Part shown: positions 1 through 8,549 of the stretch, piece after piece
Layout: every line of letters begins with the position of its first letter
How positions within the stretch are numbered: the first letter of the stretch is position 1
Source: Acidimicrobiia bacterium
GTDB taxonomy: Bacteria; Actinomycetota; Acidimicrobiia; Spongiisociales; UBA11373
NCBI GenBank assembly: GCA_035286665.1
Contig: DATECY010000087.1
Span: 1-60,438, forward strand
Direction of reading: 5' to 3'
Length of the DNA stretch: 60,438 nucleotides
Position numbers and translations under genes: made by a program
The notes under the pieces: model-generated
Told to the model about the DNA's origin: nothing
Database searches by the model: none
The model's input: the letters and a program-made list of their open reading frames with translations, nothing else

Positions 1-994
1 TCGGGGGTCCGGCGGGGTCGAGGCCGCACGAGCCCGGATCCCACATCTCGGCGACCAGGCATTGGGCCACAGCCGGATCGTCGAGCACCCCGTCGTGGGC
101 GGCCGCCACCCGGCCGGGGAGCCCGAGCGGATCGCGCCACGCCTGCTCCCAGAACCCGGGCCCGCCGTCGGGGGCGTTCAGCACCCTGAGCCCGTCAGGA
201 TGGTCGCCGAAGCTGGTGATCCCCGCCTTGGGGTTCCTCACCACCACCACGTCGATGCCGGACGCCTCACCGAGGTGCGCCCGTTCGTCGTGGCAGCCCC
301 ACCACAGGAACCCGCACTGCACCGGGTCGTAGCCGCCGTCGTCGGGAATCGGCCCGTACGCCCGACCCAGGCTCTGCAGCCAACCCTGGGCGCCCGCAGC
401 GATCGGCGGGTCGAGAAGAAACGCCCCCTCCACGACCCCTGCGGGGCCAAAGGCCCCGTCATCCCACGCACCGATCAGGTCCGCCACCGTCGCACCACCC
501 TTGCTGAAGCCGACCAGCCACACCGGCCGTCCTTCCCCCGAGACGGCCCCCAGGTAGGCGTTGAGCCCGCGGACGCTGTCGTCGATGCCGGCATGCTCCG
601 ATGCCTCCACCGGGTCGGCCTGGCCGGTGACCCACCGATAGTCGAAGTACCTGGCGTCGTCGGGATCAAGGCCCATCATGTCGATGAGGTTCCCAAACGC
701 AGCCGACGCTTCGCCCTGGCCGTGGCCGGGCACGAACACGACGACCGCGTCGTGGGGAGGCTCGAGCCCGAGGGCGGCACCCGGATCTCTGCGAGCAAGG
801 GCCACCGCGGCGGCGACGGCAGCTGCGACGGCCAGGGCCGCCGGGGCCGCCGGGGCAGGTCCGGGCTCCGCCGGGGCAACCGGGGTCGCCTCCGGCCGGC
901 CATCGAGGACCGGTTCGTCACCGGCGGCGAGCCCGAGACCCCCGAACCACAACGAGGAGATGAGAAGCAGTGGCATGGGCGCACCGTGGGGCAT
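1..994 (-). CDS. alpha/beta hydrolase (lipase-like), probably secreted or membrane-anchored; 3' end runs off the left window edge
   Basis: Absent from the ORF track (no stop inside the window). My minus-strand translation from ATG 994 (alternative ATG 976) gives MPHGAPMPLLLISSLWFGGLGLAAG...VVVFVPGHGQG...VWLVGFSKGG..., with a GxSxG nucleophile elbow and GC-rich third codon positions. Confidence 0.55.
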   Translation of the reverse strand, partial: MPHGAPMPLLLISSLWFGGLGLAAGDEPVLDGRPEATPVAPAEPGPAPAAPAALAVAAAVAAAVALARRDPGAALGLEPPHDAVVVFVPGHGQGEASAAFGNLIDMMGLDPDDARYFDYRWVTGQADPVEASEHAGIDDSVRGLNAYLGAVSGEGRPVWLVGFSKGGATVADLIGAWDDGAFGPAGVVEGAFLLDPPIAAGAQGWLQSLGRAYGPIPDDGGYDPVQCGFLWWGCHDERAHLGEASGIDVVVVRNPKAGITSFGDHPDGLRVLNAPDGGPGFWEQAWRDPLGLPGRVAAAHDGVLDDPAVAQCLVAEMWDPGSCGLDPAGPP

Positions 995-1028
995 GGCGAC
1001 CGCGATGAGAAGGGCTTGACAGGGGCGC

Positions 1029-1056
1029 GATTCGCAATGCGCGATTCGCAATGCGC
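1029..1056. repeat. heptamer tandem array: GATTCGC/AATGCGC alternating, 4 units (a 14-nt unit x2)
   Basis: Direct reading: gcGATTCGCAATGCGCGATTCGCAATGCGCga, between the ribF stop (1076) and the hydrolase start. Confidence 0.9.
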
Positions 1057-1075
1057 GACGAACAGCGGGCGACTC

Positions 1076-2002
1076 CTAGCCGAGCATGCTCCTGGCCACC
1101 TCGATGTCGCGCCCGATCTGCTCCACCAATTCCTCCACCCCGGCGAACTTCTGCTCGTCACGGATTCGGCCGATGAAGCGCACCCGCAGCTCGGATCCGT
1201 ACAGGTCCTCGTCGAAGCCGAACAGATGGGCCTCGACCATCTCGACGAGCCCGCCGAAGGTGGGGCGTACCCCGACGTTCGCCACCCCTGGGATCGACTC
1301 TTCGCCCGACCGACCACATCGGACCGCGTACACGCCCCGCCTCGGGACGGCGATCCCCTCGGCCGTGGCGACATTGGCCGTGGGGATCCCGATGGTCCTT
1401 CCCCGCCCGTCACCGGGCACCACGATCCCCCGCACCTCGTGCGGCCGAGCCAGCGCCACCGCGGCCCCGGCCACGTCGCCGGCAGCGATCATCTCCCTGA
1501 TCCGCGTGGACGACATCGGCTGGTCGCCACCGACGAGCGGCACGACCTCGGTCTCGAACTCGAGCCCGCTGCCCAGTTCCCGCAGCAACCCGACGTGGCC
1601 GGTGCGGTCCTTGCCGAAGCGGAAGTCTTCCCCCACGACCACGACGCCGGCGTGGAGGGTTCCGGCGAGGACACGGGTGACGAAGGTCGCCGGGCTCCAC
1701 GCTCGCAGCTCGCCGTCGAAGTCCACGACGGCGACCAGATCGATCCCGAGCCCATCGATCAACTCGAGGCGTTGCTCGATGGTGGTGAGCATGAGCGGGA
1801 CCCGGTCGGGGGCGACCACCGAGAGCGGGTGTGGATCGAAGGTGACGACACCCGACGCGATGCCCAGGTCTGCGGCCCGGCCGCGCAGTGCGGCGAGCAC
1901 GTGGCGGTGACCGACGTGGATCCCGTCGAACACACCGACGGCAAGGGCGTTGCGGGCCGCACCCGGATCCCACTCGGAGGGGTGACCGCGCAGGATCCTC
2001 AT
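1076..2002 (-). CDS. ribF: bifunctional riboflavin kinase / FAD synthetase
   Basis: 308 aa with GVFDGIHVGHRHVL nucleotidyltransferase motif and a C-terminal riboflavin kinase region. ATGA overlap with the truB stop. Confidence 0.93.
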   Translation of the reverse strand: MRILRGHPSEWDPGAARNALAVGVFDGIHVGHRHVLAALRGRAADLGIASGVVTFDPHPLSVVAPDRVPLMLTTIEQRLELIDGLGIDLVAVVDFDGELRAWSPATFVTRVLAGTLHAGVVVVGEDFRFGKDRTGHVGLLRELGSGLEFETEVVPLVGGDQPMSSTRIREMIAAGDVAGAAVALARPHEVRGIVVPGDGRGRTIGIPTANVATAEGIAVPRRGVYAVRCGRSGEESIPGVANVGVRPTFGGLVEMVEAHLFGFDEDLYGSELRVRFIGRIRDEQKFAGVEELVEQIGRDIEVARSMLG

Positions 2003-2871
2003 GACAACACCACCTCGGGGGCGGCGCGTCTGCCGTCCGATCGATACACGGCGAGCAGGTCGCCCGAGCTCCCGACCACTCGCACCGCACCGGCGGCGGT
2101 GATGCCCAGCGACGCCGCCGGGAACACCGCCCCGTGGCCGATGCCCTTGGCGGTCTCGTCGCTCACGACCGTCGCCGGAAGGTCGCCGAGGCCCTCGGAT
2201 GCCGAGATGAGCAGCGCCTCCCTCATCGAGGCGATCTCGTCGAACGAGTGTGCCCGGTCGACGGTGTGGACGCCGATCGCGGTGCGCCGCAGCGCAACGA
2301 GATGAGCCCTGCCGCCGAGCGCAGAAGCGATGTCGTCGGCGAGGGTGCGGATGTAGGTACCCGAGCCGCAGCGCACCCGGAACTCCACCTCCGGGTACGG
2401 TCCGGGGCTCACCTCGAGCACCTCGATGGCCTCGATCACGACCGCAACTGCCTGGCGCTCGATCTCGATCCCCTGGCGGGCCAGGTCGTACAGACGACGA
2501 CCTTCGACCCGCTTGGCAGAAACCATGGGTGGCACCTGCATGATCGTGCCGACGAATCTCCGGACCGCGGCGGCGACCTCCTCACGGCCGACCTCCATCG
2601 GTTCCCGGGAGAGAATCGCCCCATCGGCATCCAGCGTGTCGGTCGACACCCCGAAGAGCGCGGTCGCCTCGTAGACCTTGGTCCCCTCCTGAACGAAACG
2701 GAGCAGGCGGGTGGCCCGGCCCACCCCGAGCACGAGCAGGCCGGTGGCCATCGGGTCGAGTGTGCCGGCGTGGCCGATCCGGGACTGCGCCAGGAGGGTG
2801 CGGCTCTTCGCCACGACGTCGTGGGAGGTCCACCCCTTCGGCTTGTCGACGAGAAGAAAACCGTCAGCCAC
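1999..2871 (-). CDS. truB: tRNA pseudouridine-55 synthase
   Basis: N-terminus GFLLVDKPKGWTSHDVV and HAGTLDPMATGLLVLGVG catalytic Asp motif. Confidence 0.95.
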   Translation of the reverse strand: MADGFLLVDKPKGWTSHDVVAKSRTLLAQSRIGHAGTLDPMATGLLVLGVGRATRLLRFVQEGTKVYEATALFGVSTDTLDADGAILSREPMEVGREEVAAAVRRFVGTIMQVPPMVSAKRVEGRRLYDLARQGIEIERQAVAVVIEAIEVLEVSPGPYPEVEFRVRCGSGTYIRTLADDIASALGGRAHLVALRRTAIGVHTVDRAHSFDEIASMREALLISASEGLGDLPATVVSDETAKGIGHGAVFPAASLGITAAGAVRVVGSSGDLLAVYRSDGRRAAPEVVLS

Positions 2872-3832
2872 GAAGCCCTGCCCTGATCGACTCGATCACC
2901 TCATCGACCGTTCCCTTGGCCGTGAACCCTGCGGCGTTGTGATGCCCGCCCCCACCGTGAGCCGCGGCGACGGCACCCACGTCGGCGGTGCCGCGCGAAC
3001 GCATGCTCACCCGCCACCCCCCGTCCACCTCCTTGAGCAGCGCGGCCGTGCCGGCCTCCCTGGCAATCCTCAGGTCGTCGATGAGCCCGTCGAGGTCCTC
3101 ATAGGTGACCGCTGCCGACTTGAGATCGGCGTGGGTCACGTACGACCACACCAGGGACAGATCCTCCTCGAGGGTCGCCCGCCCGAGGACGGCAGCCGAT
3201 GCCATCAGGTACCCGAACGGCACGGACTCGTAGACCGCCTGTCCGATCACCTCGGGGCGAACGCCGGCGTCGAGGAGTCGGGCCGCCACCCGCATCACCT
3301 CCCCGTCGGTGGCCGAGTACTGGAAGCGTCCGGTGTCGGTGACGATCCCGGTGAGCAGGCAGGTGGCGATGGTCTCATCGATCTGCCACCCGAGCGCTTC
3401 GATCAGGTAGGTGCACAGCTGTGCCGACGCCGCCGCCTGGGGGTCGATGACGGCTATGTCACCAAAGCCGTCATTGGTCGCGTGGTGGTCGACGACCACG
3501 AGAGTTCCCGCCTTCTCGGCGGCGGCCCTGAGCTCACCGAGCCGGTCGGCCGAGCCGACGTCGAACACCACCATCAGCTCCGGTTCCGCGGGGAATCGAG
3601 CAACGGGGACGAGCAGGCTGGTGTCGAGAAACGCCAGCGACTGCGGCACGACGAAGGGGCCACCGAAGGACACGACGACGTCCTTGCCGGCGGCGCGTGC
3701 CGCGTAGCCGAGCGCCAGGGCGGAGCCGAGAGCGTCGCCGTCGGGTGAGACGTGACAGGAGATCGCCAGCGACGACGCCGACGCGATCGCATCAGTCGCT
3801 CGGCGGAGTGGTGCCTCGATCATCGGTCTCAT
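2864..3832 (-). CDS. nrnA: DHH/DHHA1 phosphoesterase (NrnA/CnpB-type oligoribonuclease / pAp phosphatase)
   Basis: HVSPDGDALGS, VVVDHHATN and GGGHHNAAGF motifs. Synteny between rbfA and truB. The start may be 3823. Confidence 0.85.
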   Translation of the reverse strand: MRPMIEAPLRRATDAIASASSLAISCHVSPDGDALGSALALGYAARAAGKDVVVSFGGPFVVPQSLAFLDTSLLVPVARFPAEPELMVVFDVGSADRLGELRAAAEKAGTLVVVDHHATNDGFGDIAVIDPQAAASAQLCTYLIEALGWQIDETIATCLLTGIVTDTGRFQYSATDGEVMRVAARLLDAGVRPEVIGQAVYESVPFGYLMASAAVLGRATLEEDLSLVWSYVTHADLKSAAVTYEDLDGLIDDLRIAREAGTAALLKEVDGGWRVSMRSRGTADVGAVAAAHGGGGHHNAAGFTAKGTVDEVIESIRAGLRG

Positions 3833-4175
3833 GTTCGCCGCCCAGGTCTCGAAGGAGTTGGTCCATCCTGATCCCGCGGTCGACGGACCCGTCGAACTCG
3901 AAATCGATTTTCGGCAGGTACTTCAGCCGTACCCGGCCACCCGTCGCCGCCCGGATCCGTGTCGACGCCCTGGCCAGGGCCGCGGCAGTCGACTCCCGCT
4001 CTTCTGCGTCGCCGAGCACGGAATAGTAGACCCGGGCGTTGCGAAGGTCCGGGGAGGTGTCGACATCGGTGATCGTGACGAATCCGAGACCGGGGTCTTT
4101 GAGGCGGGCGACCTCTTCGGCGATCACCTTGTGGAGTTGCTCGTTCACTCGGCGTAGGAAGGCGCTCTTGCTCAT
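3792..4175 (-). CDS. rbfA: ribosome-binding factor A
   Basis: RVNEQLHKVIAEEV...ITDVDTSPDLRNARVYYSVLG pattern. ATGA overlap with the DUF503 stop. Confidence 0.9.
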   Translation of the reverse strand: MSKSAFLRRVNEQLHKVIAEEVARLKDPGLGFVTITDVDTSPDLRNARVYYSVLGDAEERESTAAALARASTRIRAATGGRVRLKYLPKIDFEFDGSVDRGIRMDQLLRDLGGEHETDDRGTTPPSD

Positions 4176-4459
4176 GGCTCCTCCAGATAGGACACACCCA
4201 TCTCGATCAGTTCCACGGTCGAGTCCTCCAGCATCATCCTCTGCAACCCGTCGACGATTTCATCGAGACGGCCGCGCTGTGGCGCAACCACGGCGACGCC
4301 GACGGTGGCACGCTGCCAGTCGTCCTGATGGTCGACCTCGGCCACCGAGAGGTCACGCTCTCGGAGCCGCCGCAGGACCGGCCGAAGCACAGAACGCTTC
4401 GCCTTGAGCGATCGCGCATCCGGAATGCGCAGTTCGAGCCGAAGAGCGGCGGCGTGCAT
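4172..4459 (-). CDS. DUF503 (YlxP-like) protein
   Basis: 95 aa; L.LRIPDARSLKAKRSVLRPVL is typical of DUF503. Canonical position between infB and rbfA. No SD upstream of the ATG. Confidence 0.8.
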   Translation of the reverse strand: MHAAALRLELRIPDARSLKAKRSVLRPVLRRLRERDLSVAEVDHQDDWQRATVGVAVVAPQRGRLDEIVDGLQRMMLEDSTVELIEMGVSYLEEP

Positions 4460-4465
4460 GAGGAA

Positions 4466-4471
4466 AGGGTA
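4466..4471 (-). promoter_or_regulatory. candidate -10 hexamer TACCCT (TANNNT), 6 nt upstream of the SD-less DUF503 ATG (possible leaderless internal promoter)
   Basis: Minus strand reads gaTACCCTttcctcATG. The same hexamer sits 7 nt upstream of the ffh ATG. Purely positional inference. Confidence 0.2.
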
Positions 4472-4479
4472 TCGGGAGG

Positions 4480-4521
4480 GTTAGGAGTTAGGAGTCAGGA
4501 GTTAGGAGTTAGGAGTTAGGA
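4480..4521. repeat. heptamer tandem array GTTAGGA x6 (third copy GTCAGGA)
   Basis: Direct reading of 4480-4521, inside the infB/DUF503 spacer. Confidence 0.95.
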
Positions 4522-4530
4522 GTGCTGACC

Positions 4531-4567
4531 TAATCCCTAATCCCTAATCCCTAATCCCTAACCCCTA
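4531..4567 (-). repeat. heptamer tandem array TAATCCC x4 + TAACCCC. On the transcribed (minus) strand this reads uaGGGGuuaGGGauuaGGGauuaGGGauuaGGG, a G-quadruplex-type motif starting in the infB stop codon
   Basis: Direct reading. There are five G3+ tracts with 3-4 nt loops on the minus strand, and the last copy overlaps the infB TAG (4565-4567). Confidence 0.9.
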
Positions 4568-6703
4568 CGTCCTCGCGACCTCGCGCACCTCATACGCCTC
4601 GATCACGTCACCGTCCTTGATGTCCCGGAACCCGTCGAGGCCGATACCGCACTCGAACCCGGAAGCGACCGAGCGCACGTCGTCCTTGAACCGGCGCAGG
4701 GACCCGATCGTGCCCTCGTGCACGACGATGCCGTCGCGGATGAGCCGCACACGAGAGCCGCGGGCGATCTCACCCTCGGTGACCATGCAACCCGCGATCA
4801 GGCCGAAGCGCGGCGCCCGGAAGGTGGCCCTGACTTCGGCACTCCCCAGCACCCGCTCCACCTCGGTCGGGGCGAGACGACCCACCAGCATCGCCTCGAT
4901 GTCGTCGAGCAACTCGTAGATGATCCGGTAGGTACGGATCTCGATCCCGGCTTCTTCGGCGGCCTTGCGCGTCTTGGCATCGGGCCGGACGTTGAATCCG
5001 AAGATCACCGCGTTGGTGGCGGTGGCGAGCAGCACGTCGTTCTCGGTGATGCCACCGACCGCAGTGTGGGCGATGGTGATGCTGCCGCCCTCGCGCCCGA
5101 TCTTGCCGACGGCCTCGCGGATCGCCTCGAGGGAACCGTGGGCGTCCGCCTTGACGATGAGCACCAACTCGGCATCGTCTGCGGTGCGCAGATCGTCGAG
5201 CAGTTGGGTGAGGCGTTCCGCTGCGCTGGGAACGGTGAGCTCCTCGTTTCGGATCGCCGTCACCCGGTCGGACGCCATCGAGCGGGCCGCGCGGTCGTCC
5301 TCGACGACCTCGAAGTAGTCGCCGGCGAGCGGGACGTCGTCCCAGCCCATGACCAGGACCGGCGAGCTCGGAGGCGCCTCGTCGATCTGGCTGCCGTTTT
5401 CGTCGAACATCGCCCGGACCCGACCCGCCACGGTCCCGGCCACGAGAGCATCGCCCTTGCGGAGGGTTCCCCGCTGGACGATCACCGTGCCGAGGGGGCC
5501 GCGGCCCTTCTCCAGCTGGCCCTCGATCACGGTCCCCGAAGCGGGCACGTCGGGGTTGGCGGAGAACTCCTCGAGCTCGGCGATGAGGTCGATGTACTCG
5601 AGCAGGTGGTCGATGCCGGCGCCGGTGCTCGCGGACACTTCGGCGCTCACGACGTCGCCGCCCAGTTGCTCGACGAGGAGACCGTATTCGGTGAGCTGGG
5701 CACGGACGTTGGCGGGGTTCGCCCCGGGGAGGTCCATCTTGTTGATCGCCACCACGATCGGAACCTTGGCGGCCTTGGCATGGTTGATCGCCTCGACGGT
5801 CTGGGGCATCACACCGTCGTCACCGGCCACGACCAGCACCACGATGTCGGTGACCTCGGCACCACGCGCCCGCAGAGTGGTGAAGGCCTCGTGGCCCGGC
5901 GTGTCGATGAAGGTGATCTTTCGGTCACCGACGCTCGTCTGGTAGGCGCCGATGTGCTGCGTGATCCCGCCCGCCTCCCCCGCAACGACGTTCGCATGGC
6001 GAATCTTGTCGAGGAGCAGCGTCTTTCCGTGGTCGACGTGACCCATCACCGTCACCACCGGTGGGCGCGGCTTCATGTCCCCGACCACGTCGTGATGGTC
6101 CTTCTTGGGGCGAACCATCGGGGCAGCCTCTTCGACCACCTCGGCTGCCGCGGATTCGACGGTCACGTCGTAGCCGAGTGACTCGCCGATCACCGTGAGC
6201 AACTCGACCGGGATCGGCTGGGTGGCGCCGGCCATCTTGCCGCGGGTGATCAACTCGCGCACCACGATTCCCACGGGACGGCGGGTCAGTTCGGAGAACT
6301 CGGCGACGGTGATGCCGGCGCGAACGGTGATCGGGCGCTTCGGTTGGGGCCCTTCGGTGCCGGGCATCCGACCCTTGCGTTTGCCCGCCTTGGCCGCATG
6401 CTGCTTCGAGTCACCATCGGCCCCAGACTCGTCATCCTCATCCTCCAACTCCTCCTCGGCCTCGGACTCGACCTCGACCTCGACGACCGCCCCCACGGCG
6501 GCGGCCGGCGTCTTGGTCGCGGCGGCGGGTGCGGCGGCGGCGGCCGCTGCCTTCTCCTCGTCGTAGGAGAGCCGCACGAGCGCGGCGTCGTCATCGGAGA
6601 GGCCCGAGGAGGCCGTCTTGACGTCGATCCCCAGCTCCTGGACACGCGCCAGCACGTCCTTGGATTCCTTGCCGAGGTCTCGGGCGAGTTCGTAGACGCG
6701 CAT
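4565..6703 (-). CDS. infB: translation initiation factor IF-2
   Basis: MRVYELARDLG IF2-N start preceded by GGAGGctgaccATG. GTPase motifs VMGHVDHGKTLLLD, DTPGHEAF, NKMD. The track ORF extends 15 codons further to GTG 6748. Confidence 0.96.
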   Translation of the reverse strand: MRVYELARDLGKESKDVLARVQELGIDVKTASSGLSDDDAALVRLSYDEEKAAAAAAAPAAATKTPAAAVGAVVEVEVESEAEEELEDEDDESGADGDSKQHAAKAGKRKGRMPGTEGPQPKRPITVRAGITVAEFSELTRRPVGIVVRELITRGKMAGATQPIPVELLTVIGESLGYDVTVESAAAEVVEEAAPMVRPKKDHHDVVGDMKPRPPVVTVMGHVDHGKTLLLDKIRHANVVAGEAGGITQHIGAYQTSVGDRKITFIDTPGHEAFTTLRARGAEVTDIVVLVVAGDDGVMPQTVEAINHAKAAKVPIVVAINKMDLPGANPANVRAQLTEYGLLVEQLGGDVVSAEVSASTGAGIDHLLEYIDLIAELEEFSANPDVPASGTVIEGQLEKGRGPLGTVIVQRGTLRKGDALVAGTVAGRVRAMFDENGSQIDEAPPSSPVLVMGWDDVPLAGDYFEVVEDDRAARSMASDRVTAIRNEELTVPSAAERLTQLLDDLRTADDAELVLIVKADAHGSLEAIREAVGKIGREGGSITIAHTAVGGITENDVLLATATNAVIFGFNVRPDAKTRKAAEEAGIEIRTYRIIYELLDDIEAMLVGRLAPTEVERVLGSAEVRATFRAPRFGLIAGCMVTEGEIARGSRVRLIRDGIVVHEGTIGSLRRFKDDVRSVASGFECGIGLDGFRDIKDGDVIEAYEVREVART

Positions 6704-6744
6704 GGTCAGCCTCCGTGAACGGTCTTCATTGTGCCACGCAGGGG

Positions 6745-7905
6745 TCACGCCCCCGGCGGGGGCTCCTCAAGAGAAGCCTCAGGAGTCTCTTCGGACTCGG
6801 CGGCCTCGGGCGCCGCCGTGTCATCGGCCGCCTCTTCGGCGACACCCTCGACGCCGGCGGCGGCTTCCGCGGTCGCGGCAGAGGCCACGTCGGAGGTCGC
6901 TGCCGCAGGCGCATCGAGCGAAGCCTCGGCCATGCCTCCCGCCTGTTCTGTCTCCGAGCGGATGTCGATGCGGTAGCCGCTCAATCGCGCGGCGAGCCGA
7001 GCGTTCTGACCCTCCTTGCCGATGGCGAGGGACAGCTGATGATCGGGGACCACGACGATCGCCTCCATCGTGGCGTCGTCGAGGATCACCTGGCGCACCT
7101 TGGCCGGGCTCAGCGCCTCGGCGATGAACTGGCGGATGTCGTCACGCCATTCGACGATGTCGACCTTCTCGCCGCGCAACTCATTGACCACCTGGCGCAC
7201 ACGCGAGCCCCGGCTGCCGACGCACGCCCCCACCGGGTCGACGTTGGGGTCGTTGGAGCGGACGGCGATCTTGGTTCTATGGCCGGCATCGCGGGCGATC
7301 GCCCTGATCTCGATGATCCCTTCGACCAGTTCGGGAACCTCGAGCTCGAACAGACGACGGATGAAATCGGGATGGCTGCGGCTCACGACGATCTGGGGGC
7401 CCTTGGCCTCGCCGCGCACCTCGAGGATGAGCGCCTTCACCCGTGCGCCGCGCTCGAGTCGCTCATAGGCGATGCGCTCGCCGGCGGGCATCACCGCCTC
7501 GGCATTGCCGAGGTCGAGGATGACGACGCGGTGGTCGGACTGCTGCACGATGCCGGTGACGAGATCGCCCTCGCGCCCCTCGTAGGTGTCGAACACCTGG
7601 GCGCGCTTGGCGTCGCGAAGCCGCTGGAGGATGACCTGCTTGGCGGTCTGTGCCCCGATCCGCCCGAAGTCGTCGGGGGTGTCCTCCCACTCGCGAACGA
7701 CGTTGCCGTCCTCGTCGAGTTCCTGGCCGTACACCTTGATCTCACCGGTGTCCTGATCGATGGTGACCCGGGCTTCCTCGGCCGCGCCGGGGCTGCGCTT
7801 GTAGGCGGACACCAACGCGTTGGCGAGGGCGTCGAGGATCATCGCCTTGGGGACGCCCTTCTCGCGCTCGAGGAGCTCCAGTTCCTCCATGAAGGATTCG
7901 TTCAT
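6745..7905 (-). CDS. nusA: transcription termination/antitermination factor NusA with acidic C-terminal tail
   Basis: MNESFMEELELLEREKGVPKAMILDALANAL start, then S1 and KH regions. The 589-aa track ORF is a 5' extension running through rimP. Confidence 0.94.
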   Translation of the reverse strand: MNESFMEELELLEREKGVPKAMILDALANALVSAYKRSPGAAEEARVTIDQDTGEIKVYGQELDEDGNVVREWEDTPDDFGRIGAQTAKQVILQRLRDAKRAQVFDTYEGREGDLVTGIVQQSDHRVVILDLGNAEAVMPAGERIAYERLERGARVKALILEVRGEAKGPQIVVSRSHPDFIRRLFELEVPELVEGIIEIRAIARDAGHRTKIAVRSNDPNVDPVGACVGSRGSRVRQVVNELRGEKVDIVEWRDDIRQFIAEALSPAKVRQVILDDATMEAIVVVPDHQLSLAIGKEGQNARLAARLSGYRIDIRSETEQAGGMAEASLDAPAAATSDVASAATAEAAAGVEGVAEEAADDTAAPEAAESEETPEASLEEPPPGA

Positions 7906-8399
7906 CGGACAGCTCGCTTTCCGGGCTTGGCTGCCTTCTCCCAGCGGAAGATCGTGCGCGCCTGGGCGACGTCGGACAAGGGGATGTGGCGGTCGGTTCC
8001 GTCGACGAGGACGGCGACCTGCCCTTCGGTGACCTCGGTGAGAACCCCGCGGTGGCTCTGGGTGCCTTCGATGGCGATGCGGGTCTTCACGAGGACCTCG
8101 CGGCCCACCGACTTGCGGTACTGCTCCGGTCGGTGGAGGGCCCGCTCGAGGCCGGGTGAGGAGACCTCGAGAGTGTACGGGCCATCGACGCCTTCGACCT
8201 CGTCGAGGAGCCGCGACATGCCGCGGGCGAGATCGGCGATCCGATCCACCGAAACGCCCCCCGCCGCATCGACGGTGACGCGCAGGACCCGCCCGGCACC
8301 GCTGCCGCGCACGGCGAGGTCGTCGAGCTCTACGCCCTCCGCCTCGAGATACCGCCCCAGGAGCTCCCAGAGCAGCCCATCGCCGTCTCCCATCTGCAC
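7902..8399 (-). CDS. rimP: ribosome maturation factor RimP
   Basis: 165 aa; LEVSSPGLERAL motif. 4-nt overlap with the nusA start. Confidence 0.9.
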   Translation of the reverse strand: MQMGDGDGLLWELLGRYLEAEGVELDDLAVRGSGAGRVLRVTVDAAGGVSVDRIADLARGMSRLLDEVEGVDGPYTLEVSSPGLERALHRPEQYRKSVGREVLVKTRIAIEGTQSHRGVLTEVTEGQVAVLVDGTDRHIPLSDVAQARTIFRWEKAAKPGKRAVR

Positions 8400-8413
8400 T
8401 CCTCATAGAGAGA

Positions 8414-8432
8414 AGTGGGCGGGGCGCCCACT
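8414..8432 (-). terminator. GC-rich hairpin (AGUGGGCG/CGCCCACU) followed by UUCUCUCU on the minus strand; candidate proS terminator just upstream of the rimP SD
   Basis: Inverted repeat read at 8414-8432. Downstream minus-strand sequence is ttctctctatGAGGAGtgcagATG. Confidence 0.4.
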
Positions 8433-8549
8433 TCAAAAGCGTCCACTCGATTGACGACAAAGTATATCGCCCTGCGAAATCCTTCCGGCGGAGCGTCCTC
8501 AGGGGCTCGCGCACACCCGAAATGGACTCGAAGCAGGTGCCGGGCCTCC

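Noticed and set aside
62-2305. 747-aa plus-strand ORF, and similar very long ORFs (8415-10283 +, 22648-25224 +, 41795-43753 +, 47414-49252 +, 58514-60265 +, 28061-29293 -, 41418-42914 -)
   Set aside because: They run antisense or out of frame to genes with clear conserved motifs. Their translations are Arg/Pro/Gly/His-rich with no recognisable domains. Long spurious ORFs are expected in high-GC DNA because stop codons are rare.
4480-4565. Heptamer arrays as CRISPR arrays
   Set aside because: Units are 7 nt and directly tandem with no spacers. No cas genes are present and arrays have at most 6 copies.
4531-4567. TTAGGG-like repeat (minus strand GGGATTA/GGGGTTA) as a telomere or linear-replicon end
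   Set aside because: It is only 5 copies. It is embedded between infB and DUF503 in a conserved operon with continuous sequence on both sides. The unit is 7 nt, not 6.
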